This document shows, one piece after another, positions 12,640-24,935 of a DNA stretch of 64,000 nucleotides; positions within the stretch are counted from its first letter, which is position 1, and each line of letters opens with the position of its first letter. The notes under the pieces are model-generated. The model did not search any database. It was not told the origin of the DNA and worked only from the letters and a program-made list of their open reading frames with translations. This DNA comes from Callorhinchus milii (lineage: Eukaryota). Made by a program: the position numbers and the translations under genes. The stretch spans positions 112,098,001-112,162,000 of the forward strand of contig NW_024704743.1 in the NCBI RefSeq assembly GCF_018977255.1, written 5' to 3'.

Positions 12640-12792
12640 CATCTCAACTCCTGCCCTCCCCATCTGTTTTTAAGTTCCACCTATAAAACTACTCCTTTGA
12701 CTGCGCTTATGGTAACTTCCCCCTCTGCCCTTGCTCAACGACTGGCTGAATCTTTGCAGAATGCTCCAAGACATTATCTTATGTGAAGGCAC
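12640..12792 (+). mobile_element. L2 3' tail fragment
   Basis: aaaactactcctttgactgcgcttatggt resembles KT.LFD.AY. Confidence 0.7.
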
Positions 12793-12795
12793 TGG

Positions 12796-13164
12796 TGGAG
12801 TCCCATACGTTAGAGCACTCACCTCACAAGCGAGAGGACCAGGATTCAATTGCCGGGCAGGGCGAAACGTTGGGCTAGGTTTCCTTACTCCATAATCCTC
12901 TGTTTACCTAGCAGTAAGTAGGAACGCAGTTGTTACTTGATTGGCGGATCGCTTTACCGGGGATAATAATCTCTTAAAAATATAATAACAATTTGGTCAC
13001 TCAATCCACGACTGTTTGTGGGACACTACTGTGCACAATTGACTGCTGTGTTTCACCCACACAAATATATAGTCAATTCACTTTATAGTATATTCTGTGA
13101 AGCGCTTTGAGATGTCTTGAAAAAGTGATACGGTGCTATATCAAATGCAAGGATTATTATTATT
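12796..13164 (+). mobile_element. young tRNA-SINE, long subfamily, full length
   Basis: tggagtcc head, central block and (TAT)n tail. Confidence 0.95.
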
Positions 13165-15199
13165 ACAGTCCAGCCTGACACTCCAGAACGATGCTGGGAG
13201 AGTGTGCTAATTTGTCAAAGGTTCAAGAATTATTATTATTGCTCCAGCCTCCATCTGTGACCTCCTCAAACCATACCAACCTGGATGCTCTTTTCATTTA
13301 CCAGCATTGCTGCATGTCACCCACTCTACCTCACCTGAGATTTGTAGGTCCTGAGGAACTCATCTTGTTCACGTTGATATATTGTCACTATTGAAACACA
13401 ACCTATCAAAAAGTGCAATAACAATACTGAATTATAGTACAACCGGAAGCGAAACAGAAAGAGACTTGCATATTTGAGATATTGAGGGATATGTTGAAAG
13501 GGCAGGAGATTGAAACTAAAAGATATGCCAAAATCAAATAGGTTGATCGGCTGAATGACCTCTTCCTGTTCCTATTTTGCCATGCTCCTATCTGACTGTC
13601 TGATCACAGCCTTTCATTTTTATTGGGAAATGTAAGGGAATTGCTAATGACCACAATTGTGGCTTCTAAATTAGCGAATGTTCATACGTCATTGACTCCA
13701 ACACCAACTAGCCTGAGATCAATCTCTCCTCACACGGTACAGTTGCTTCCAGAACCACTGACATTGTAACTGACACTTTATGGAGCGATTAGGCAAAGCA
13801 TAGTCATTAAATCTGCAAAGTAGTATAAATGAGGGCAACACAGAGAGTCAAAAGATACTGGATGAATCCTGTAATCGGCACTGTATTTTCTTTGCTGATG
13901 TCCTTTTTGAACAGACACACTTAAACACGTGATTTTAGTCACAAGGAAAATCCAATTCAAACCTACTGCAGAGTTTTACACAAGTTTTGCTGTTAAGTGG
14001 CTTTGTTAAATGTGAACTGGAAATGGCTGCAACCGCGATTGCTGGATGACAGAATCAAACCAATTTTGCAAATCAAACAATAGTTCTATATTCACTGTGC
14101 CCATACGTTTCAGTGATGCTACATCAATAATATCCTAGCCCGTTGAAAACAAAAATGTAAATGTGGTACTGCCCTCTAAAATTTTAATGAAAAATCACAG
14201 ATGTTTCTCAATGCAAAAACACACTGCTGGAAAAAGCAATCTCAAGTGCTCTCTAGCAATGATGCAGCTGGGATTCAGGTGGTGATCATGACAAATCAGG
14301 CGGCAGTGACTCGCACGAGATGTCTAAATGTCGGCATATTCGTCATTTCACTTTAGTGTAGAGGGACAAAGAAGCGGAAAGCACATCATACTCATGTATC
14401 AAAGACAGATGGAGCTTAATAATCCATCTAGAAAATTAGGTAGTGCATGGCTCGGTGGTATCATTTTTGGCCTTTTGATGAAAGTCGCAGTCTGGAGACA
14501 AAGTGTACACCTGAAGAATTGTTTGCAACTTGTCCATTATCCTCACAACATGTATTATTTAACCAGCAGAGTCACACTGTACCTGAACTATGTTTTATGC
14601 ATGTTAATACTGAGCTGGATTTATGCATAATAATAAAATAAATAATAATCCTTCCAATTGACATAGCGCCTTGTCACGTTGTCGCAGAGTCACAGAATTT
14701 TACTGTGAAGTGTAGTGACAATATTTATAAGCATAGAAAAGACCTCTCTTTAAAGGGAACAACTATAGTTTTGAATAGTGGTGATTCTTTGGGTCTTTAT
14801 CGTTTACTGGCATTACTTTCACCTACAAAATAAGCTTTACAGTAAATCCTGTGAAGCACTTTGAGACATCAACCCGACATGAGAGGCACTCTATCAAATG
14901 CAACGGTTATTCTTATTAACATTGCTGGTTTTAATTTTAAATAAATTTACATGAAAGCTCATAAATGCATTTTTTGGAACTAAAACAATGGAACAGTGAA
15001 TAAAAGGAAAACAGAACAAATATTTGTATTTATAAATGAAATGGATATTTCATACAAATTCTGTTCTCTTGCAGGAGCAATTTCTCAATTTAAATTGAGA
15101 CAGCCGCACTTTCACTCTCAACCGTTTACTGCGAAAGGTCAGGGTACCTTCAAACACCAAATAAACTGAAACATGACTAAACTGTTAGGACTCCAGTAT

Positions 15200-15285
15200 A
15201 ATAATAACAATAATAATAATTCTTGCATTTGATAGGTCTTATCACGTTTTAGAGACGTCTCAAAGCGCTTCACAGCATACACAGA
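15200..15285 (-). mobile_element. SINE tail fragment
   Basis: aataataattcttgcatttgat...caaagcgcttcacag. Confidence 0.85.
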
Positions 15286-15289
15286 ATTG

Positions 15290-15572
15290 TGGAGTCCTGT
15301 AGCTCAGTGGTTAGAGCACTCGCCTCACAAGCAGGAGACCTGGGTTCGATTCCTGGCAGGTTGAAACCTTGGGCAAGTTAATCCCTCAAGAAAAAAAAAC
15401 AATAATAAATTGATCACTTCAATCCACAACTGCTTGTGGGACACTACTGTGCGCAATTAGCTGCCGCATTTTGCCCACAAATATAGTCAACTCACTTTAC
15501 AGTATATTCTGTGAAGCGCATTGTGGGGTCCAGAAGACGTGAAAAGCGCTATATAGGATTATTATTATTATT
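15290..15572 (+). mobile_element. young tRNA-SINE with internal deletion
   Basis: A-box tagctcagtgg, B-box ggttcgattcc, anticodon loop ctcacaa (Val-CAC-like). Confidence 0.95.
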
Positions 15573-15582
15573 ACATTGTAAA

Positions 15583-15719
15583 ATGAATGCAAAATGCTGC
15601 AGATGCTGGAAATCTGAAACAAAAATAGAAGTCGCTGGGAACACTCAGCAGGTCAGGCAGCATCTATGGAGAAAGGAAAGTGAGTCAACGTTTCAGATCC
15701 ACGAGCCTTCATCAGACAC
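15583..15719 (-). mobile_element. Penelope-like element end with hammerhead ribozyme core
   Basis: Minus strand reads CTGATGA-aggctcgtggatct-GAAAC-GTT-gactc; same family as 28335-28555. Confidence 0.75.
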
Positions 15720-15744
15720 TTTACAGACTTTAAATGTGTTGACA

Positions 15745-16060
15745 TTGTAAAGTGAATTCACTGTGTATTTTGTAGGCAATCTCAAGTGTTCTTTAGCAGC
15801 AGCCAATTGCGCACAGCAGTGTCCCACAAACAGTCGTGGAGTGAAGTGACCAATTGATTTTTTTTAAAAAGGTATTATTACACCCAGAAAAGAGATCTGC
15901 CAATCGACTGACAGCCGGGTTCCTACTTACTGCTGGGCAAACAGAAGCGTTTGGAGTAAGGAAACATGCCCAAAGTTTCACCCTGTCTGGGAATCGAATC
16001 CAGATCCTCTCACTTGCGAGGCGAGTGCTCTAATCACCCACATAGCTACAGGACACCACA
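15745..16060 (-). mobile_element. young tRNA-SINE, long subfamily
   Basis: Head ends at 16060; central block present. Confidence 0.95.
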
Positions 16061-16326
16061 ACATTTTCATTCTGCTGATTCCACTCTCCTCTTTGCAAAT
16101 GGCACTACTAATTAACAGCACAAAAAAAAGCATAAGATAAAGATTAGCTCCCAGTGAAACTGATACCGGACTTTAATTTCACTTGGAAATATTTCCCACA
16201 TGTGATTATTTAGGTCCATCATCCTGCATCAGAATCCGACAAGCTGTTGAGCTTTACTGTGACTTCCAAGACTGATAATTTGCCAGCGGGTGTCTATCTT
16301 CAACCCCCGTGGAGTCTCTGTCTAAA

Positions 16327-16599
16327 CTACATGCCAGTAAATCGCTGGGGTGAAGTGAAACCCTCACCAATCTGGAAGGTGATCAGTTTCACCTTTGGCC
16401 AAAGGGGGTCACTCCAGACTCTTGTGTACATTTGTTTCCATCTACTCTTCAAAAGGCCTATTGTAACTTCTAGGCATTTCAGGAGCACAATTATTGCAAC
16501 AAGATAGGAAATGGCAGACTCCCCAATGAGGTCCCAGCACCTCTTCAAAGGGACTTGCGACTCTTGGGCATCTGAAGTAATTGGATGCTCTTCGATCAT
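16327..16599 (-). mobile_element. possible PIF/Harbinger transposase remnant
   Basis: ORF has WDLIGESA (cf. WLLGDS[AG]Y) and LEVTIGLLKSRWK (cf. IER.[FI]G.LK.R[WF]R) in the correct order, with shortened spacing. Confidence 0.45.
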
Positions 16600-16932
16600 T
16601 TCAGATCAAAAGAGTCTTTTATCACAGTGTGTAACTATTGTACTTTAGAAAGAGATGGCTAATTGTCCTTTACATATTTTAATACGTTCTATAATAAATG
16701 ATCACACAGAACTATATCACAAATGTTATGCTGTGAATACAAAAAATAAAACCAAAAATGCTGTGTCGTTTCACGAGACAGTCAAATGCTTTTTAATCGG
16801 TGGAAGCATGTCTCCACTTTACTTGGTATAGCAATTATATAGGCATTGCTATAGATAAATTCTGCTCCCTGCAGGAGAACTTTCTGAATTTAAATTGCAA
16901 CGGAAGCATTGTGCACCCTCAACCTTTTCAGC

Positions 16933-17090
16933 ATCGGCTGTTTGTGGAACATTGCTGTGTGCAAGTTGGCTGCCTCTTTCGTCTACAGAATACCCAGTCA
17001 CTACACTTTGCAATATATCCTGTGCGATGTCCTCCTGATAAGGCAGTTTGATAAACTGCCATATCAAATTCAAGAATTATGATATTATTA
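16933..17090 (+). mobile_element. SINE 3' tail fragment
   Basis: ggctgtttgtggaacattgctgtgtgcaagttggctgcc. Confidence 0.85.
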
Positions 17091-17329
17091 TAATTTACTG
17101 TAAAAATGCATTTGTTTATTAAAAAACTGTTAATTACTTTGTCTCTCTTTACAAGGGTAAAATCCAATAAGGATGTACAATGTACAACATGTTTAATGGC
17201 TCCATATTTATGCATTAGAACCTGTGATATTTTGGGGTGAGTTGTGATGAATCCAGCCAGTTTCTTCAGACACAAGAAACGAGGACAATGCTTACGTTAA
17301 TAGCTCCATCGTGTAACAGCTTGATCACA

Positions 17330-17680
17330 ACATCATCATCCACATACTTCTACAGATTAAAAGTGAGCTCTGAGCAATAATTTCTCTCAAACCGAGTTCT
17401 GAAATGAAATTTCTGAAACGTGGCAATTTCAACAGAAGAACTAATCGCCTCCCTGTAACATTTATTAGGTTGCCGTATGATTTATGGTAACCATGATTTT
17501 ACTGCAAATGAATTCCGTCAGTGTCACTATTTTCATAAGTGACTAATTATAAAATCGCAGAGAGACAAAAGCAAATAATATGTGGAAACGAAGCCTCCTT
17601 TGATGTTTATTGGACAACAAATATAATTATTCTTTTCAAATAAAAATAAATGAGCTGCATTAAAATGAATGCTGGGACTA
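17330..17680. promoter_or_regulatory. candidate developmental enhancer (CNE-like)
   Basis: TGATTTATGG (Pbx-Hox) at 17478-17487, CCTTTGATG (TCF/LEF) at 17597-17605, TTTATTGG at 17606-17613; repeat-free. Confidence 0.4.
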
Positions 17681-18061
17681 AGGACCTATTCCTTAATATA
17701 AACTTGAACATGAATGCCAACCGAACAACTATATATTCTTACCAGATTGATACCAAACCAATTTTGGCATTTTGTATACCAATTAATAGGAAATATCTCT
17801 TCATCCAACAATAGGGAGACTTATTGTGGAATTAATAGCCATTATTATTTTATCTAATTTTCTAAGCAGAGCTTTATTCGAAATCAAGAAAATCTTAAAA
17901 CAAATCTGAACAGATTAGATTACCAACAAACAAATTAAATTTGTCAGGATTGTGCAGCATATTGTGGTGTCCAAAACACGATGTTCACGACAGGAGTTGC
18001 AAATAGTCATTGCTGCCTCAACCTGGAAGTACGGTGGAAGCTGCTGGCTAAGTGGCTTACA

Positions 18062-18063
<2 letters not shown>

Positions 18064-18115
<52 letters not shown>
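18064..18115. repeat. (TAA)n microsatellite, expanded SINE tail
   Basis: About 17 perfect TAA units. Confidence 0.95.
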
Positions 18116-18376
18116 TCTTGCGTTTGACATAGCGCCATATCACATCATTGAGATGTCTCAAAGAGCTTCACGGAATATACTGCAAAGTGAATTGACTGTA
18201 TTTTGTGGGCGAAACGCGCAGCCAATTGTGCACAGCAGTGTCCCACAAGCAGTCGTGGATTGAGTGACTGAATTTTTTATTTTTTTAATGGATTATTATC
18301 CCCAGAAAGCAATTCGCCAATCGACTAACAACTGGGTTCCTACTTACTGTTAGCTAAATAGAGATGTGTGGAGTAA
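18064..18376 (-). mobile_element. young tRNA-SINE, long subfamily, 5'-truncated
   Basis: Tail and central block; tRNA head missing. Confidence 0.95.
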
Positions 18377-19017
18377 ATTAATATCAAGTTTCCATTAGAT
18401 CCACTCCCAGTGCAAAGTTCCCACGGCTCATCCAAATTTTAGAATCCAATATTTTTTTGTTCATTTAAAATGCTGTTCCTCTGCATTGTTAATAGGTAAG
18501 TAAACTAATAAATCTTGAATTTGATGCTATGTCTTATCACCTCGAAAAATATATCTGAAAGTGCTACACAGGATTTTACTGTGGAATGACTTGTGGGAAG
18601 GGAGAGGAAACCTGTAGGAAATCTGTAGGAGAACACACTGCCAATTTTGTGCAATGTCCTACAATCAGCCATGAGATGAATAGACAAAATTTAAGTTAGA
18701 TACTTCTGTTTCCTCTCCCCTCTCACAAGAAAAAATCTAGGCCCACCAAGAGTGAGAGAGGGAGAACATAACAGGATCATCAATCCATACTGTTCTCCCA
18801 GTGACCTCCTTGAGTGGAATAGGTCTGGGAGATATTCCCTGGCCTATAACCTTTACATACAATCAAATGACACATGAATGTAGCTAAAGGAGAAGTGGGA
18901 GGAAATAATTCATAGAATTGGGGGAGGTGGAAAGGGAGGTTATTGTAAGATTGCAAATATATGCTCTTCCCTGCCTGCCCATTCCCCAGCTTGGATTCTC
19001 ATTTGCTCTGGGAAGCA

Positions 19018-19629
19018 CTTTGAACCGCACCCCAAAAGCTGCCGAAACCCTTGTCCATGCCTTTGTCACCTCTCGGCTGGACTACTCTAACACCCTCCTC
19101 GCCAGTCTCCCTTCTTCCACTATTCACAAAATTCAGCTCATTCAAAAGTCCGCCGCCCGCATTCTCACCAGCACCAAACATCGTGCTCCGATTACTCCAA
19201 TCCTTGCCAAACTCCACTGGTTCCCTGTCACAGAGCGGATTGACTTCAAGATCCTCACTCTAGTGTTTAAATCCCTCCATTCCTTGGCATCCCCCATCAC
19301 TCTAATCTCCTCTCTCCCCACAGCTGTACCCACTGCCTCCACTCTACTGGGTCCGACCTCCTCCAGGTTCCCCGAATCCACCGCTCCACCATTGGCGTCC
19401 ATGCCTTCAGCCACCACGCCCCGAAACTTTGGAACTCCCTCCCTCAAACCCTTCGCCTCTCCCCCATCCTTCCCCATCTTCAGGCTGAGCCTGAAAACCT
19501 TCCTCTTCGACCGCGCCTACGGTCAGCTTCCCCCTCCCCCTGGCTCGGCCTTGGGCTCCGCCATTGTAAAGTGCTCTGAGACGCTGCCCGGCGTGGAGAG
19601 CGCTATATAAATGCAAGTTGTTGTTGTTA
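19018..19629 (+). mobile_element. L2 LINE, 5'-truncated (RT C-terminus and 3' end)
   Basis: AETLVHAFVTSRLDYSN..L...P......IQLIQ.SAARI......ITP.L..LHW.PV..RIDFKIL, then LKTFLFDRAY and a (GTT)n tail. Confidence 0.95.
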
Positions 19630-20029
19630 TCTTGTATATGCAACAGACGTTCTTCGTACAAGAACCACTTTGATTTTGCCCCAGTATTGGGACTCGCAAA
19701 TTGCATAAGTATCCAAAGGGTCAGGGAGAAAATTTGTCACATTATGCCTAACCAGTGAATATTACTGGGTAGAAGGAGCACTGCACTGCAGACAGAAAGA
19801 TAAGGCTGCTCAGCTATCGCCATTTCAGGGGTTCCCTGAGTGACTAATGTCTAGTTAGACCTACATGAGCTAAAGGTTTAGAACAACTACAATTATTCAT
19901 TTCAAACTCAAGTGAATGAACCCCATCCAAAATGACTGTTTAGAAATAGGGGCCTGTTTTTGGAAGTGAAGAAGCCTGAAATCTTTATTTAAATGGGCGA
20001 TTGCGATGATTATAATATTGTGCAATAAT

Positions 20030-20285
20030 GGTAATAATAATCCTTGCATTTGATGTAGCACCTTTCATGTCGGGACAGTGTCTCAAAGTGCTTCACAGGA
20101 TCTACTGTAAAGTGCAGTGACTGTGTATTTTATAGGCGAACACAGTAATCAATCTGCACACAGCAATGTCTCACAAACATCCATGAAGTGAATGACTTTT
20201 TTTTTACATCTGACGAGAACACCAGGAGAAACTCCCTTCATTTTTCAAGCTGTGCCATGGGAATCATTAAAGCCCACCGAAATAA
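20030..20285 (-). mobile_element. Deu-domain SINE 3' half
   Basis: Tail plus caccaggagaaactccc...gtgccatggg. Confidence 0.85.
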
Positions 20286-20483
20286 GCAATCCAAGTAACG
20301 TAGAGATAAACTGTTAAAAAAATATTATAACTTTAAGTGAGTTACAGAAGTAAATAACTCTAATACTTGACTTATATAATTACAAGTGAGATAGCCCAGC
20401 AATTTGTACTTCAATCTTCCAGGAAGGATAGAGGCTTTAATCTCATCAAGATAAAAATGAACAAAGTCACTCAACAGGAGTAA

Positions 20484-21322
20484 ACAACAACAACAACAAA
20501 ATTACATTTATAGAGCACGTCGGGAGGACGTCCCAAAGCGCTGAACAGTATGGGGGAGGGGTGGTGTTTGGGTGAGGGAAGGCAGAGAGGTGGGAGGGAG
20601 GCCAGAGAAGGGTCTTGAGACCGGCCTTGAAGGATGCAAGGGAAGAAGCGAGATGAAGGGACCGTGGGATGAAGTTCCAGAGTGTGGGGGCAGAGAGGCT
20701 GAAAGCCCGGCCACCGATGGTAGGGCGGGTCGGGCGGGAGACATGGAGCAGGCCGGAGCCTGATGAGCGGAGGGAGCGAGCAGGTTGTTAGGGAGTCAGC
20801 AGGTCAGAGAGGTAGGAGGGGGCAAGGCCATGGATGGCTTTAAAGATGATGACGAGAATCTTGAACTCTGGGGGATGGGGAGCCAGTAGATTCGGGCGAG
20901 GGTGGGAGTGATGGGGTCGCGGAGCTTGGTGCGTGAGTGTACATGAGCTGCAGAGTTTTGGATGATCTGCAACTTGTGAAGGGAAGAGTTGGAAGGCCGA
21001 TGAGGAGGGAGTTCCTGTAATCGAGCTTGAGGTGACAAATGCGTGGGAGAGGGTTTTGGCAGCCTGAGGGGTGAGGCAGTGGCGGAGTTTGGCAGTGTTG
21101 CGGAGGTGGTGATAGGCAGTGCCGGTCATGGCGCAGATGTTGGGGAGAAAGGACAGTTCAGGGTCAAACAATACACCCAGGTTCCTGACTGGCTTAGTGA
21201 GGCTGAGTGTTCAGCCATGGAGGCTGATGCTGCCAGCGCCTGAGGTGCGGAGGTGCTGGCGCGAGCCAATCAGGAGGGCCTCGGTCTTGTTGACGTTGAA
21301 TTGGAGAAAGTTGGCCCTCATC
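20484..21322 (-). mobile_element. L2 LINE, 5'-truncated
   Basis: ORF 20788-21171: FDPELSF...AYHHLRNTAKLRHCLTPQAAKTLSHAFVTS; (CAA)n tail at 20484. Confidence 0.95.
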
Positions 21323-23884
21323 CAACAATTTGGAAATGAAATCTCAACATGTCCCTTAGTACTCATGCTCTCAAGGCCCGCAACATCATTTCAGTTTAGA
21401 TCTATGAAAAGTTTCTTTACTGGTGGTATTCCTGTCTAAACTTGTAGAATATGAGTTTTCAAAAGAAGAAGCAATACCATTGGGTCCCGAATAATAGCAA
21501 AGCCATCGTTTAATTTTTGCTCGGTAGTTCTGCAGTTAAAGCTTACTGTATTACATTTTGTCGCACTTGATTCGCTCAGAAATGTATTTTTGAGCTTTCA
21601 AGTAAATAAAAATAAACTCCATACTTAATTGTGACTGAAATTTAATTGTAGGACCCATTATAGATGCTGTTTCAACCAACTTGTCCATTCAATTGGAAAG
21701 GAAACAAGTGCTTTTTCACTGCACCATAGAAATATTTTGAGAAATATTGCAATATTAAACCCTTTCTTGCTGATGTGTAATTCATCATTTTTCGATCAAC
21801 ACTTTCCTGACACCCCCATGTCAGGAAACGGAGCCAGTGCAATGCGTTTTTGAAGCAACCAAGTAATAAAGAGAGAATGCAATGCATTGTGTGTGAAGAC
21901 AACACACTGAACAGATATGCCTCATCTCTAGTACTCAGTCCAATCCTCTGCGGATAAATGCTTTGATAATAGTATACAGATTTCCCATTATATGCCAATG
22001 TTGGATTTATTTTAATATGGCACTCATCCCTTCATAACAATATGAGCTTTTTTTTTATTTATTTTTATTCTAAAAGTTACCTCGTGCTCCTAACAACAAT
22101 TTGCCTTTTAAAATACATGTTCACAGAACTGTTCATGCTGTACTTAAGTTACTTTGGACTCTGTTATTGGCATCTTAGAATAGAAACAATTCCATTATTT
22201 GGGATGAATTCAATATACATCTAAGGGGGCTTGGAGAGAAAACAGTGCATGGTGCATGGTGACTTGTATCCACTTTTGTCAAAGGAAACAGTATGTAAAA
22301 TAAAACAGAATACTACACGAGCAAGACAATTAACATTTGCACCCCCAACTTCTTTTGGCTAGCCTGGCATGTAAGAATAGAAAAGTAGTTTTACCAAGTA
22401 AATTTGTTAAAAATGTAAATTGCACTGCAGGATGAAATTAAAATTACCCCTCTCCCATTTCCCTGTAATTTCACACCATTTTTCTTTTGCTGAATGGCAG
22501 GAGATTTAGCGTTGTGATCAGTTGAGGTCGGGAATGATGGCTGGTCATATTGTCATTCTTATCTGAGGGACATCTGAAATTCAGCAGCCAAGACTGCATT
22601 TTATCTACATGACAGCAATAACTGAACCAACCTAGACTCTTCACATGGTTAAGAGTCAAAAAGCTTAGAACAGAAATCACCAAGTCAGAGGTGTTTTCAA
22701 AACCTTTAAGCAATGAGCTACTCCTAGATGTTGTTGGTGATTGGTAAGGTTAGATGGAAATTTTCACAAATCTCTGATGTGGAAAAGAGGGTAAAAAATG
22801 ACAAAACTTTTGTATAGGTAATTGCCATTAGCAAGAACTGGTTTAAAGATCAGTTTCCTTCTATCCTGCACTTTCATCACAAAATAGTATATTGCTCTGA
22901 TTGTGTTAAATCATCAGGAGTGCCTTCAATTACTGGCTGCAGCTACTGATCAAAATGACTTGCCTAATCCTGAAGTCAAGAGAGGGTGTAAAGAACCGGC
23001 AGGGAGGTGTAAAACATGGCTCTGCCGTTAACCCATGACTACTCAGCTTTTCAGACACCATTTTAATATCTACAATTCAACTGTGCCAATCTTCTGTGTT
23101 GAATGCTACAATAAGAATAATCCTGCATTTGATATAGTGCCTTATCACGTTGTCGAATTAGAGCAGTTTTAATAGAAAACTAAACCCCGTCCCTCCTTTT
23201 CTCTCTCCACTAATGCAACCTACATTTTTCCAAAATATTAGTGTCGAAAATCCACTTTGATCTCTTCAGATTACATTTCAAGAGCTGCTTGTCCTGTTTC
23301 TCTCTCTCCTTTTATTATCATTATTATTAATTGAGAAGGAAAGAATATTCAAAGCCAAGCAGATCGAAATTGTTAATAAAAAAAATCCACTGGTTGGATT
23401 GTTCTCGATGCTCACAAGTGTAGCACTGGAGAACATTTTTCACGTATTCCCCCTCCCCTGCACATCCACTTAATGATGGTATTATCAGGAAGCGGTTGTG
23501 ACTTGCTGAAGCTGTCATTTTCCTCCACAATGGCTTATAAAATAATCAAGATGTGTGCGTAAAATGGAGACGCAGCCTGGTTTGATTTTAATAATACAGA
23601 TAGGCTTAGCTAGAAATGAGGAAGAGACAGTACAGAGAGGACCCTAGGTCATGAGAGACAATGGCTTTTACACAAAGCTAAATTTTTACAGCCAGAGAGA
23701 AGGATATATGGTTATTAGACTTTCCATAGCTATAGGAAGGATAATCTTTCAATCAGATTAATGAGAAAATATATTGCATGGGCCCTACAGCACTTTTTGC
23801 TTTTGAGGCTAATACGTGATTTAAATCCCCAAAGCACATTTGCCAGCATTATAATATCCTTCACGATAATAACATTGCCCGGTT

Positions 23885-24935
23885 CGACAAAAAAAGCAGC
23901 TAAAAATAAAAGTCCCTCTTGATTTTGGCTGCAAGACTTGAAGGATATTTTCTCTTCTTTGTGTTCATCAAAGTGGTTTCTATTGAGAAAAGTCACATTT
24001 AATAAGACAAAAGGAAATTTTCTAATTATGCTACCTGTCAACATTGGGGATCTATTGAGGAAGCAGCTGTGGGGATGAGGGGGCTAAACAAGAGATGGTG
24101 TGTGTGTAGGCTGCAGTTTGGCGTGAGGTTACTGTTGCATACAGTTGTTACCGAAATGCAAATTCAGTGTAAAGCAAAAAGTAATGCACGGAGTGAGTGA
24201 GGTAGATGGGAAAAGGCAGGCCTCTAAATGAAATCCGCTGCAGCCAGCGGTGGCTAGGGAGAAGCGTGGAAAAGATAAGGGAGACGAGAACCCACAGCTC
24301 TCATTTATTTCTCTATTGGAGACATATGGAGGTCTCCAAGTAACAATAGATGAGCAAAAAAAAGATTAACCCTCAAGCCCCCACTACGTATAATCTACGC
24401 ACGCTAAAAAAATAAACAACAATGGTGGAATTGGTAAATAATAACATGAAAAAATGCCCCCAACATGGGTATAACATGGATATTATTATTTTAATATCAA
24501 GTTTGACTGTTAACCATTATATATATATATATCATACATATATATACACACACACACATATATGTATATACATATGGCTAATAGTCACACTGGATGAAAA
24601 GAATAACATGAAAAAGTGTTGAGGGGCATCTTTTCATGTTATTATTTTCCAATTCCACTGTGTTGTTTTTTTTAATATCCAGTGTGACTGTTAACCACAT
24701 ATATATTATACATATTAAACATTATACTGGATCTCATTAAATGTGCCTTTTCCTAATAGAACTCATTTTGATGAACACAAAGAGGCAATATCAAGTGGGA
24801 CTTTTATTTTTAGCTGCTTTTTGTCGCTATATATAAATATATATATGCATTATATGTGTATGTTTTTGTTTATGTATAATATATATATGTGGTTGACAGT
24901 CACACTGGATAAATGCTGATCCCCAAACTCCCTCA
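23885..24935. repeat. nested multi-arm inverted-repeat complex
   Basis: A 23885-24007 / A' 24732-24826; B 24405-24465 / B' 24617-24675; C 24491-24517 / C' 24572-24596; C2 24676-24721 / C2' 24867-24911. Confidence 0.9.

Noticed and set aside
17915..18263. poly-Ile ORFs
   Set aside because: Translation of the (TAA)n SINE tail.
18918..19610. 230-aa ORF as a host gene
   Set aside because: It is a frameshifted L2 RT C-terminus fused to unrelated upstream sequence.
22480..22750. exon-like segment with acceptor (ggcag) and donor (gtaagg)
   Set aside because: Stops in all three frames; cannot be supported as an exon without RNA data.
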